The position numbers and the translations under genes are program-made. Of a stretch of 64,000 nucleotides of DNA, positions 1 through 12,708 are shown piece after piece (positions within the stretch are counted from its first letter, which is position 1; each line of letters starts with the position of its first letter). Location: assembly GCF_032062105.1 (NCBI RefSeq), contig NW_026932360.1:434001-498000 (forward strand). Direction: 5' to 3'. Below the pieces are notes generated by a model. It made no database searches. It was not told the origin of the DNA and was given only the letters and a program-made list of their open reading frames with translations. The stretch comes from Saccostrea cucullata. Lineage: Eukaryota.

Positions 1-1377
1 TTGCTGAATGAGTAGACACCTGTAACTCTAAAGATTACCATGTATAGATAATCTCGGCAGATAAGGAGACCGTCTTTGTCCGAGACCCCCTGAACAAGCT
101 ATCCTTTGGAACATCAACCATTATCTCATTTACAGAACAGCTACTACCTATCTGTTCTTAGGCTAAATATGGTCTCCGTTGAAGTATTTGAAATCGCTTT
201 TATATCTTTACAGTAGGTGCATTTACGCTGATGATGTTTGAATAACAAAAAACTTAGAGCTATTTCTAGAAATATACACCAATGTGGTCTGGTCTTAACA
301 GGAATTGATCTAGTCCAGTTCTGCGACATTTTTAAAGAGCCCATAAAAACATTGTCAATACCCCTTTTCCTTCTTTCTCTACATTGAAGATAACTTTATG
401 CCGTGTCATAAGTCTCTCATCATAACCAGCTGATAACCTTTGATCTTTATCTGATCTTTCGAGTGTCCTCTCTCCTTTTTGTACTCCACGTTGATTAGTG
501 ACTTCGGAACAGGAACTTCCTCTATCTGTTCTTCTTGATACCCGACAGATTTGAAGTACCGGAAATAAACAAAAAATGACAAAATTAGATGCTGGAATAA
601 TAATAGACTATTGATCTTCATAAAGAGTAAAAGGTCTTGCTGGTCGCATATACACATACAAAACTCATAAAATCTCCACCTTACTAAACATGATGAGAGC
701 GCTACACAATAAACAAGTTCGAGATAATATCTTTATGTCCTAATAGTACTTTAACAATAAATTGATTAAACTGGGTTTTAATTAGAGAATACGGGTATTC
801 GAGAACAATGTCATAAAGCGTTCCCTCCGTCGCGCATGTTGTTTGCCGTTTTCTGATTGACTTATCTCATGGACCGGTTTTAGGATAGCGTGCAGTACAG
901 TTCCTTCTCTCTATATTAGCTCATTTAAGCCATTTTACGTCCCTAAAAATCTTTACGCACGATCTTCAATGGGAACTTTAATTTATAGCTTTCCATGACG
1001 AAATACTATAGGGAGAGAAAAAAAGTGAATTTACCAAGTTTCCACCATCAGAAAATGGCGTATAAATGGGAAAGAAACAATCTCTTAAGAATCTGAAAAA
1101 GGGTTCTTATTGATTTCCAAATTATTAACTGTAAAAGTCTCCCAATGGCGATAAAGTAATAGCTGCGTAGAGGTTAAATGCAAAGGAATACCGTGCAATC
1201 ATGTTCTTATTATATCCATTGCAAATGAGGGTGGGAGTTATAAGAATATCCTACTCCGTTTGTCTAGTCCTCTGCCTGTCTGTGTAACCGTGTCCTAGCC
1301 ACTCTATAAAAGAGTAACATTTGAAGCTGTTCATTTCCTTATGACCTGAGGTCATATCATTACCTTCTATGAACTTA

Positions 1378-1584
1378 CTGTAGACGTACTTTTTTCCACG
1401 GGGTCATAATTCCGCAGAATCTCAATTTCTGTTTAATCCGCGGGTAGAAAATTACGCGGATTTCTTAGACTGTCACTATATGCCATACATTTATATTAAG
1501 TACGCTAGGACATATTTCCGCGGAAAGTTTGTGTCCGCGTACATAGCGTAAATTAATACCACGCAGAAAAAAGTACTTCTACAG
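1378..1584. mobile_element. TA-flanked MITE (Tc1/mariner-type TSD)
   Basis: ta|ctgtagacgtacttttttc ... gaaaaaagtacttctacag|ta. Confidence 0.75.
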
Positions 1585-1764
1585 TATTACCTTAGCAAGT
1601 TCAAAGTCACTGCTAGAAACATGGTTAGTTCGTGTTCTGTGCCTATACTTTTTAACAGAAAAACTCTAGAATTTCATTTAACATAAAAAAATTACATACT
1701 TATATATAATTTGAGGTGTGTTCCAACCTTTTTGGTTGGTTCAAGGACACTGGTAGAAGAAATA

Positions 1765-2078
1765 AACTAGAGGTACTGTGAGCAATGAGCTCACTAAATG
1801 ATACCCCCCGCCTCCCATATGGTTATAACTGGTGAAAAAGTCCATGTTTTCCTGTGGCCGGGAAACCCAAAATATGTGTGATCAAAAAGTAAAATAGAAG
1901 GTGCACAATGGCACTTTGTAATAAAGATTCTGTGAAAGTTTCATTAAATTTCATTCAGTGGTATGAGAGGAGTTGCGGATAAGAGATGGGTACCCCAAAG
2001 CGTAACAGACGGACGGACGGACGGACGGAATTAACGATTACTATATACCCTCCCGCTTTTCAAGCGGGGGGTATAATA
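1765..2078 (-). mobile_element. HINE/Helentron-type non-autonomous element, copy 1
   Basis: Sub-terminal repeat atacccccc/gggggtat, (GACG)n microsatellite, hairpin cccgcttttcaagcggg and hairpin gtgagc..gctcac. Near-identical to 18588-18870. Confidence 0.75.
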
Positions 2079-3409
2079 ATTGGTGTCCGAACCCTAACTT
2101 TGCACTGTGTGTCATTTAGTGAACGTGCTCATAATATGATAGTTCGTGTAGATTGTTCTAAATTAAATGTGCGGATGGTCATTTCCTGTTGAAGCCATAT
2201 TGTTTGATTTTACTTCTTGCCGTTGAAGAATGTAAAACAGAAACTATACTTTATCACTGCAGTCGAGCAAATACTCGTAAATCAGTGTATAATTTTAATT
2301 GTGGGTGCCTTTCCTTTTTCGCCCAACAAGCGAATTTATACAAATATAATAAAACACTTCCCTGTGCTTTTATTGGCAATATATCAATAAATCTATGTTT
2401 GTTTTTCATGAGGGACAAAGGCGTGAAAGTTGTAACTCTTTTCTCCTCTGAAGTGAAATCAACAGTCAGTGCGAGGAGCAGAGCTTTCAGCACGGTCTCT
2501 TCCTTAGGATCCCTGTAACGGCACTTGACCTATTGTGACTGTCGTAAATTCAGGTGTTGGTCGGGTATTAAACGAAACATAGAGATGGAGCGAAGAACGA
2601 ATGCTTCACCTATACCCGTATTCAATACCAAGTTCGTGGCAAAAAAAAAAAAGTTTATCTTCACATCCATTTGATATACGAGTATCTTTTTGTGGTATTG
2701 CGTGTACCGTTTGGATATTAAAGATTATACCTGTATACAAATGTAGTATTAAAATTGATGTTAAGGAGTTGAAAGTTAATATTCTCAAAATAATTATTTC
2801 TAAAGTCAAAAGAACTGTTAATTAAATTTACACGACCGTCAGTCGAACAAGGTCCTTTTTGGTTACCGGTATTTTCTGGGGAGTGATACTCGAAACAATG
2901 CAATATTCAAGTAAATAAAATGTTCTTTGAGCTTTTACCAATTTTGAAATGTATGCTTCTTCCGAAAAATATAGTCTGTATTGCACCACGATTACCAATT
3001 CATTCAGAAAAATAACTGTACATAAGCACATTTTTGTTGTCAAACTTCGATCGGTCTGCATTCGTGCCGTTATCTTATGAGTATCGCATTTTCTATCAAG
3101 TTCCCAAAGTTGATATGATTGTCTGATTATTGTTTCATATTTTATCGCGGTATTAAATATTATTGACATAGAACATTCTTTGTTCGTCCTGCAAACAAAC
3201 AAGTAATCCATTGCTCATCCGCTATACCTCCTCTGAGGCCACCACTTAGAGGGTAACCTTCTATAACGTTATTATGGAACGGTTTACGTTGTCAGTTACT
3301 GTGCTATGTATTTTTTGTTTAGTTAACTTTTAATTATTGGGAGTTTTTGTAAAGTAAAATGTGTAGATATTATTAAAACGACCAGCAATTAATCTGATAT
3401 ATCTAGTGA

Positions 3410-4050
3410 ACAAAACAAATTGTGAACAGGGCAAAAAAAATGAACCCCTGGAAACACAAGAGATGGAATCAGGTACCAAGGAGGAGTAAACATCCCCTGT
3501 TGACCGGGCATCACCGCCTTGACCCTTATGTATTTCGCGGGTATACGGAGTCCAATTCAGTGAAAAGGAAATGGTCTAAAAATGATTAAAAAAAATTGTC
3601 AAATAATAACGACCGCACAATTCCCGAAAACCTGAATCTAAACGAGATTGTTGAAATCTTTATAACATCAACTTATTAGTCAGGGGCCCATTTTACTAAA
3701 GAACTTACGACTAAGACCGAAAACTTAAGATGATTGTAAAATTTTGCAAAATTAATAGTTCTCTTCAAAATTATCTGTGTAAAAATATCTAACCACATTT
3801 CTTTTAAAAATATTAAAATAAATTTCTATATAATATTTATTAAAAAGTTATATGAAAAATTAAATTTGGTCTTGAGTCGTAAGTTCCTTTGTAAAACGGG
3901 CCCCAGACCTTTGTCTTGAATATTTATCGTTCTAAAAACATTATCCTACGTATCGATTCAGTTGGGAGACATCACCACCATTATCATGTGCTGTTGGAAT
4001 ATTACTACATAAATAATTGAAGTTGAGGAAGGAAATGCTAAGTCTTCCAG
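3410..4050 (-). mobile_element. Penelope-like 3' fragment interrupted by a MITE
   Basis: 3' motif at ~3450-3520 (aatcaggtaccaaggaggagtaaacatcccctg) and a FNYLCSNIP...VSQLNRY remnant at ~3945-4040. Confidence 0.65.
3684..3903. mobile_element. PIF/Harbinger-like MITE
   Basis: TIR gggcccattttactaaagaacttacgactaagacc and its imperfect inverse; 3-bp TSD CAG. Confidence 0.75.
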
Positions 4051-4469
4051 TTTGTTTATTTTTAATTGGTTATTATTGTTTTTAGTAAGCAAAATATTAA
4101 ATAGATTTCACAGACTCTGTACTGTCCGTAATTTAGAGTTCACTGGCATATACATGTATGGAATTAAAAATAATTTTTATTTGCTAAAGCGCCGTATATC
4201 TGGATATCGAGTTGATCGAAGCCCACATCAATAAAACATTCGGATAATAAAGCGGCACCAGTTTTGCCCATCGGAATTCCATCAGATTGTTTATGGCCTG
4301 GTCTTTAAAGACTACATAGATAATGCGAATATGAAATTCAACATCTCTTTAAATTTAAACTTCGGAGTACATGGTGAATCAGAATAATTTTCAACAAAGT
4401 ACATAGGTACACACCAATCACAATATATGAAAAATCGTGAGTTCCATTTTCAGTAAGGAAGATCTGTAT

Positions 4470-4623
4470 TCAGAACTTATGGCCTCTAGGCAGAGAAGAA
4501 CTTTATTCGTGCCAGAACCATCTGCGACTCGGCGACTCGGGGTATACTAGTAGGACTCATCCGATGGACGGGTCTCCACATCCTGAAGCAAGATTCGAAC
4601 TCGCGACGTAAGGATCAATGTAA
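4470..4623 (-). mobile_element. Partial SINE copy, head-to-head with 4624-4917
   Basis: Reverse complement reads gatccttacgtcgcgagttcgaatc...tcggatgagtcc...ggcacgaataaag. Confidence 0.65.
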
Positions 4624-4917
4624 GTCGCCCGCGTGGCGCAATTGAGCGTCTACTCTACAGTTGCGATGTAAGAAATTGATCCTTACGTCGGAGATTCGAA
4701 TTCCACTGTAGGAAGAAGAGAAAGGTCCTACGGATGAGACCGTATAAACTGAGGTCCCGTATCACAGTCAGAAGGTGCTGGCACGAAAAAGATCCCTTCC
4801 TGCTCAATGGCCGTAAGTGCCGATTATATGACAAAATATGCAGCTCTCCACGGGCAAGTGATGGCGTCTCCATATTGGTGAAATATTCTCGAGGGTGACG
4901 TTTAACAACATACAGAC
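4624..4917 (+). mobile_element. tRNA-derived Deu-domain SINE
   Basis: gtcgcccgcgtggcgca head, ggatgagaccgtataaactgagg core and gacgtttaacaac tail. Confidence 0.8.
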
Positions 4918-5109
4918 TCAGACCGCTGTGGTTACTCGACAGTGATCAGGCACCGCTTCCACTTCCATCAATGAGAGAACATCCTCTGCTATTAGATTCT
5001 TAAAAACTGCCATTGTCAGTTCTTAGAAAGACCTTTATGTACTCATCTCATTTTGGTAAGAACATCTTAAATGAGAACATTAAGTATTTGCTTCTTACCT
5101 TTTCAATTC

Positions 5110-5620
5110 CCTTTCCGTAAGAAATATTCTCATATTTTACAGCAATACACTTTCATCACCTGCATCAGAGTTTATATCTCTCAATTGATTCGATACGAAA
5201 GAGCAGGCTCTACTTATGAACTATTTTTAAAACGAGGAAAGTTATTCACAAACAAGTTGATGAAACTTAACAAGAATATCAGCAGTCTCGTCTCAAGTGA
5301 GCATTTCGTAAGTTCTATTGTCAATACAATGACCTTGCCAGCAAATACAATTGATCATTAAGTCAAATGCTGACTGACTATTTTCATACTCATTGTAAGG
5401 CAATTATTTACACACGTATTGTCGACGATTTTTCCGTTATTTCCCCGATTAAGATAAGGAGCACACGGTGGGTGTGACCGGTCGGCAGGGGATGCTAACT
5501 TCCATGGCACATGATCCCACCTCTGACATTTCGGAGGTCCGTGATTGCTCTGCTCCTATTTTGTATTGTTTAAAGAACTTTTAAGCTTGAATAGTGTACG
5601 TGATCTCCATATATTTCATC
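5110..5620 (+). mobile_element. Penelope-like 3' fragment
   Basis: Encodes VYISQLIRYERAGSTYELFLKRGKLFTNKLMK, then the 3' motif. Highly similar to 59610-60100. Confidence 0.8.
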
Positions 5621-6089
5621 TCAACTGATGCCCGATTTGAACAGTTCAATATGCTTACTTAAAAGCTTGACTATTATAATTTTATGAAAGTTATATTTAG
5701 TAATGTATAATATATATATATTGTATCTAAACACATAATAAAGTAAGTTATCGTCAAGGAACATTAACATAAACTGGATAATAAAATAAAATACTAATAA
5801 TTGCATTCTTAATGACTTTTCGAAAACTACAAACTTATTTGTGTCACTGTTACATGGAAGCATATGTCTGAGCACTTTCTGTCAGAGGTATTTTCATCAA
5901 GCTAATGCTTCCTTGTGACTGAGACTTATCTTGCAATTTTGGCATCGCTAAAAATATTTATCATCCCAAAATTGTTGAAATCATTTTAAAACAAGTCTTG
6001 GGATTTTCAAAGGTTGATTCTAAAGGTTATCTCTTTTATGTCATTTGTTATTCCAACTAACAAGCTTTATGATTTTTCTAAAAGAACTA

Positions 6090-6652
6090 TATGCGGTATA
6101 TTACATATATTTGCCCCCACAAAAGTCAAATTTTGAAAACTTCCTGAAATGTGCTGAATTCAATAAATTGTATGAGAAATATAACTAAACAGAAAATATT
6201 ATAGTGTCAAAGCAGCGTATTCACAATTTTTGTTTTTATGACCTCACAAACTAGTCCGATTTTATATCCTTTTTCAGAAAGAGGACAAAATGGACAAAAT
6301 TTCAACAATTTTAGCTTTAAAATTAATAGAGCGCAAGTTTGTTCAGGAACAATATTGACATATTTCATTGATATTATCATTCTACACATTATATCAAAAT
6401 ATCGATCCTGAACACACATGCGCTCGGTGACTTTTACTCAAAATGTCGACGAAATATGTACATTTTTCTGTAAAATTCATAAAAAACTGAAAATTACGTC
6501 ATGTTTGTGACGTCATTACGTAAATATGGCGTCATTACTTAAGAAAATATTTAGTGCTTTGAAGTCAGCATATACTTCCCTGTTTAAGAACTTAATTAAA
6601 TATATCTCCATCAAAGTTTGATTTTGGGGGCAAATATTGGTTATTACCGAAT
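6090..6652. mobile_element. MITE with imperfect TIRs
   Basis: atatttgcccccacaaaagtcaaattttga and tcaaagtttgattttgggggcaaatat are inverted repeats; exact ends uncertain. Confidence 0.65.
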
Positions 6653-8549
6653 AAAGTTCTTTGTTATAAGTATTTACTTACTAATGCTTTATTTAGCTTT
6701 GGATGCTGAATATTGCGGAGTACCGTACCAATAAGTATTCAAACTGTACGGACCACTATTCCTTTGCTTCTTGTGTACATTTTCCAGATGTGTAGTGCTT
6801 TAGTTTAGAACTGTGTATTTAGGGATTATGAATTTCTATGATAATGCTTAATTAAACTTCCAGGACCAAACCTACGTACTAGTCACACCTCGCACGAATA
6901 TGCAATTTAAGTCGGCGTGTCCTAAACCGCATTGCACGTGCTCTGATATTGTAGACTAATTGTGATTCTAATGAGAAATTTAGCCATTTGTTTTATTAAT
7001 TTTATTTCTTTGGCAGGACCATACTTTTTTTTTATTTGTAGATAATAGATAATATACTTATCTTTTGTTGTTAGATGTTACAGACACATTTTATTGACAG
7101 GTAAAAATACACTCATTACCACATTTAGATTATGAAGTCTAAAGATTGTCAAATATAAACGATCGTGTTCTCGTGTTTTGTTGATAAAAGGTTGCAAAAG
7201 AGTACATGACCATATCATCTATTACTATATGCAGAGAGCTTGCGAGATAAGGAAAAAATAACATTGATTCTTTAAATTAATATTGCGTCTAAAGTGGACG
7301 TGAACGATTCATGGAGTTTAATGAGTAACTTATTCTTCTCGTTGACTTGCAAATGGACTATAAAGTAGTCCAGGAACAGTGAACTTACATCATGTTCTCT
7401 TATTTTTAGAGACCTGTAAAATCTGCAAGGACATCTACAGCTGCTTCTATCTTCAAACTAAGAGTTAATCAATAAAACAAAATTGCTCTTTAGATAGTTA
7501 CACTATATCATTCATGAACCATCGTTACTCGTAGTGCTTTTTTTTGCCTTTTCCCAATGAGATTGACTTTTGATATCATTATTTTTCGTTGAATTGCGTC
7601 ACGGCGATATGCTTGGTATAACTGAACTGACATTCAATGCACTTCATGTAAATGTGTTTGGGAAAGGGGGTTATCTTCAGCAATTCTTTTCTTATTCCTC
7701 ATCATAACTGTCTACGATGGTGTGAAATGCAAATATGTCTTGATTTATATATCGTCTGACCCCGATTAGACTACAGTACTGGCTCAAATTAACTTTGCAA
7801 GTCGTTTGTGCGAGCATGTATCTTTATATCTACATTGATTCCTTTTTTTATCAGAGAAACAACGCAAAAGAAGGTCTATGATGACAACCGGTGAATTTCC
7901 CTGGAGGTCGCTGGCTGTCCAATGGGAGGGAATCATCAATCTCACGACCTGCCGTGCTTTATCGCTACCCGGAGCAGTACTGGGCCGCTTGCGCAAACAG
8001 CGGGTAGCTCGAAACCATGTAAATGGGTGTCGCTGAGGCCACAAGATAAAAACTTCCAGGCAGCGATGGGGACCTTTTTAGTCCAGGAGAGACCATTTAT
8101 CATAGGTGCACTTCAAACATAATAGGATTTGCGTCGTATTTACCCTTGTTGAAAGCTGTCACATTGTTCAAGGGTGTCGAACTACAAGGCTTCTGAGCAA
8201 ATATATAAAAGTTCAAGATACAATTCAGATATTTATCAATCACAGCTTGATATGCAATGAAGATTATCCATGGAAGAGGTTTTAAATCCTAGTTGCACAT
8301 TAATTCAGATATATATTTGGCGTGAGAAACATGACCTGCCACACCTCACATGCAAGTCATCAACTCTGTCACTTTTTTTCTAATTATCTATGATTTTCAA
8401 ATATAGATTCTTTACTTCTGTATGCTTTTTCAAATGACAGATCATGTTCATCTAGACTAAGATTCGTGGAATTCGATGAAGACTTCAATTGGACGAAAGT
8501 CCTACTATTAAGGAAGTGCAACTGTATAAAACTAATAAGTGTGTTCCAA

Positions 8550-9350
8550 AGAACGCATGTGTCGCCTGCTTTTAGCTTCTTGATAAAAGTAACTCAATCT
8601 AAGAGTAGTCAGCTACTTATATGCTATTAGCGTTTTTTTTTCCGTGAAAAAAATCCAAAGATTAGAAGCTGCAATAGACTCTGGCAATCAATTAGCAATA
8701 TATACATCACCAACCCCTCAAAGATAAGACGGATACTAATAAAGTTTAAATCAATGACATTATAATTAACTATTTATCAATTTATCCATTGATTGATACG
8801 TGATTTCAAACAATCCTTCGAAAGTGACCTCTGTCTGTCTTTACCGAATATTTCAGTCTACACCATCCATTTTGGAGTACCGATCCCGATGTATTTTCAA
8901 AGTACATTAAATTTTTTTTGTGGTTACTGTATTTCATACAAAGTACATTTGTAATGAGCTTATAAAAATGAATGAAAGTTTAGTATCAAATCTCTGTCTC
9001 TATAATTTCAAAAGACATAAGTTAAATTGAACCCTCTGCATTATATCTTAGAAAGTAGGTCAAAGGTAAGGGTCAAAGTACACTCTAACGCTGGTATTTT
9101 TTCAAAATATTTTATGACAAACAGCGTACATTCTAAACTATCATAGACTTCTCTCAAAGGTCAAATTCAAGGACAACAAGGTCGAAAATGACATGATGGT
9201 AAACCACTAAAGCCATATTGCCAAGTTATGTATGTGCAAAATATTAAATCCATATCTCTTACTACATATAAGGTGTGACAGACAGACAGACAGACAGTCT
9301 CTGGGTAAAGTGATACCTTAGTGCCGCTATGCTCTGCAGGTGACACAACG
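8550..9350 (-). mobile_element. Decayed HINE-like element
   Basis: Sub-terminal inverted pair tgtgtcgcctgc (~8558) and gcaggtgacaca (~9336), a (GACA)n array at ~9277-9296 and aaggtcaa-rich body. Confidence 0.5.
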
Positions 9351-10487
9351 AGGTTACGTGAAACTGTATATTAAGCACTCAGTCACAAAGGAGAATTCAA
9401 GAAAAAAAAATTGCCTTCTATATCATTCATGAACCATTATTACTAGTGCTGAGCGAAAATGCAATGTTTTATCTTCGCAAATGAAGTTACCTCGGATCTC
9501 TTTCGAGGTGAAATGTGCACCAACTTCCCTTCTTTTGTAACAAATGGCTGTCAAATATTGCCAACTTTGAATATTTGTGCCTTTTTGTCTTAAGAGAAGT
9601 AAGAGAGGTAGTATTGAGCAAGTTAACGTATTCAACCATGTTGCATTTTATACATTCTGAGTTTACCAAAGAATTGAGTGATGCTTTGCGACCTGTTCCC
9701 CAGACGCCTCTGCGCCAGAATGTCAGACGTGTATGTCAGTGTACATATAGAACGGATGCACTGGTGGGGCGCGAGCTGCTGGTTACATAATGAGCAATAA
9801 GTCGATCTGTCAGCGATGGTGTAATTGTTGGTGAAAATCGTCAACGTTTGAGGGTATGGTACGTCGTATTTCGCGATATATAACCAAACACTCCTGTCTA
9901 TGATAGACTACAGACTCAGAGTACATGTATTATTGTCTGTAGTCATCATTCAAACAAAATTGTGACTCCCTTTACTTCGTTCCCTCTTCTTTTAGAGCCG
10001 TCTTTTGCTTTCCCCCGGCTTACACCTCCTAATTACTTTCGTGTGAGATGGATAACACCTTTTCCTTTTTGCCTCTCTTGTCTGAAATTTTATACGTAAT
10101 GCTTCCACTTTCAAACATCTGAATAAACAACCGATGAATGTGAGAAAACAGCAAAAATAAACAATGAAGGGATGATTATTTTCGTACACCCGAACGATCT
10201 TCAGATTTTTTTAGCAAAATATTTGAATTTTGATAAGTGAGCCATCCCTCCCGCAGTTTAAAGTGTGAAAAAACTTTTTACAATCAGAATTTCCTCATTG
10301 ATTTTCTGTTGATGCCAAAAAGTATATGAAGATGAGCGTAAGGAATGCTTGAATTCTACATTTTACAGACAACTAATTATGACACACATTTTCAACTAAG
10401 TTCTGGTTGTAGCAAAGAAAGTCTTCACAGAAGCTTAAAAAATGATCTGTATACAACTGTATATAGTGGTTGAAGATTTTGAAGGTC

Positions 10488-11468
10488 ATTATCTCATTTG
10501 AACCTATAAGGCTTATGTGAGCTTTTCTGATTGTCCAGCTTCTCAAGAGTTTCTGTTCACATTTTCATCTATTCTCGATAACCACTGAATCAATTTTAAC
10601 TATTTTTTTTTATTTGTTTATAAGAAGGTTCATACCTTGCCCAGTCCATTTCAGCGGTTGCTGCTACCGCTTTCATTTATGATAATATATATTTCATATG
10701 TTTACAGTAAAACTCGAGTTATAACGAAGTCGCCGGAACCTGTGAACTACATGTACTTTGCTATATCCGTAATTCGTAAAATCCTTTTAAGGAATTAGTT
10801 AAATTTAAAAGCTGGGGATCCGCAATATCCATGTTCGTACTGAACGAGTTTTACTGTATTCCCTTTCTTCGAGTAATCAAGATATTTGACCTTAATGTCT
10901 CAATTTTAAATTCTTAAATTACATGTAAAACCTTTTTACTGTTTGAGCTAGGGTTTTATATTTAACGTGTATTCCACTTGACCAGACCTTTCTTTACATT
11001 GGGTACTAACATTTTTTTTTACATTTTAGCCTTGACCTCGACATACTTTCATTACCTATCCTTGACACAACTTTTGAAATGATGGTGCTAAGAAATACCA
11101 TATGTGTATTCTTTGTGAATGACTTCTGATCAACAATACTGAACTCATGACCTTTGATGGCCAACACTTGAAAAAAAACCTTATCCATGGCCTTGAGCTG
11201 CAATATGGGAGCATCGGTGTTTCACAAACACATAATAAGGGATGAACATGAAGCTATATATTTTTTCTTAAAACCAGCAGGTTCAAATTTTACAATGATT
11301 TCTTATTAGGCTCTTATAGGATGACAAAATTTATCGTTTCCATAAAAGCAAATGGTTTCGGTTTACATTACGCCTAAAAATTAAAGAATTTCGCTTATCT
11401 ATACAAATATTATTTATTTGTCAAGAAAATGTGACTCGTTGAGTGTTGTGGCCCATGGGCCTCTTGTT
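10488..11468 (+). mobile_element. Decayed HINE remnants
   Basis: 5' end resembles 51387 (gtgagcttttctgat); 3' hairpin tgtggcccatgggcctcttgtt at ~11447-11468, also seen at ~57616-57635. Confidence 0.45.
10705..10856. mobile_element. pogo/Tigger-like MITE
   Basis: ta|cagtaaaactcg ... cgagttttactg|ta. Confidence 0.7.
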
Positions 11469-11984
11469 CTAAGAATGTTCATACAAATGTCAATCAGCTC
11501 GTTAAATTGCACATACATTGTGTATTGCCCTATACCCTAAAGGATCAGTTATATTTATTCCATATCAAACTATGATAAAAGCACATTGAAATATTACACA
11601 ATATGGAGAATGGAATATAAATGAGATATTTATGATGAAGGTTATCGACTACAAATGACTCATGGGTTGCAAAGATGTCATTAATATATAATCCCGGTGA
11701 AAAGTGAAACAAGAAACAAAATTATGACTCAAGTATTTACGATTACGGACTTGATGGTAATATGTGAGAAGCTTCATGTTTATTCTGTATGACAACAAAA
11801 TAGGATCAGGCAAAAGGGCGATTTATACATATTCAAAGCTTTTTACATCCCTTTTCAGTGAGGAAGTTTTGGGCAGTTCCTGAAAATGATACAAGATCGT
11901 AACCAATGTACATGACAAATTTAGCGTTTTTATATGAGATAGGACAGCTTCTAGAAATACACCACTTTTGTCTATTTCCTAACT

Positions 11985-12708
11985 AGAATTCTTTTCGTGC
12001 CACCACCTACTGTGACAAAGGAACTTGGTTTATACTGTCTCATCCAAAGGACAGCTCTCCACTTCAGGCATAGGACTCGAACTAGTCCGAAATATCTGAC
12101 GTTTTCCTGGCTTTTTTTTTTTTTAAAAAGATTTTGATATTTTACGTGCCAGGAAAACTTCAGAACCGCGCCATTACGAAAACTGGAAACTTTGTCGTCT
12201 CCAACTGGAGTTGATTTTTGCATAGACTTTCAAAGGGAATTAAATGCCCAACTCACAATTTATCAATAGCACAATGCATATAGTACTCACCGATATTAAT
12301 GATAACATCACTCCACATTTCGATACAGGCACAATTTAAAAATGCACGAAAATGAAAACAAATATCGACAGTCAGATAAAATGTTTTTAATTGATTGTAT
12401 ATTTCATAAACGAACCATAAAAATGATGTTGGTGAGTACTTAAAGTAATATTAATAAGTTGTGAATTTGACATCAAATTCGATAAGCAAGTATCGAAAAT
12501 TGACCCGAAAATCCGCCTCCAGTTGGAGGCGTCAAATTCCCAGTTTTCGTAATGGCGCCGGTCCTGGTGTTTTTCTGGCAATATCAAAATCGTAAAAAAG
12601 GCAGGAAAACGTCCGATATTTCGGACTAGACTCGAACAAGCGACGTAAAGACTTTTCACTCCGCGACTCTACAGCAAACGCTCTAACCACTGCGACCCGA
12701 GGGTGACT
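11985..12708 (-). mobile_element. SINE copy split by a DNA transposon
   Basis: SINE body at 11985-12082 and head at 12629-12708. Confidence 0.75.
12083..12628. mobile_element. Non-autonomous DNA transposon (MITE) with ~30-bp TIRs
   Basis: TIRs tagtccgaaatatctgacgttttcctg and caggaaaacgtccgatatttcggacta. Flanking direct repeat gactcgaac at 12074-12082 and 12629-12637. Confidence 0.85.

Noticed and set aside
2478-2500. RE1/NRSE-like ttcagcac
   Set aside because: Only the left half-site is present; the GGACAG half is missing.
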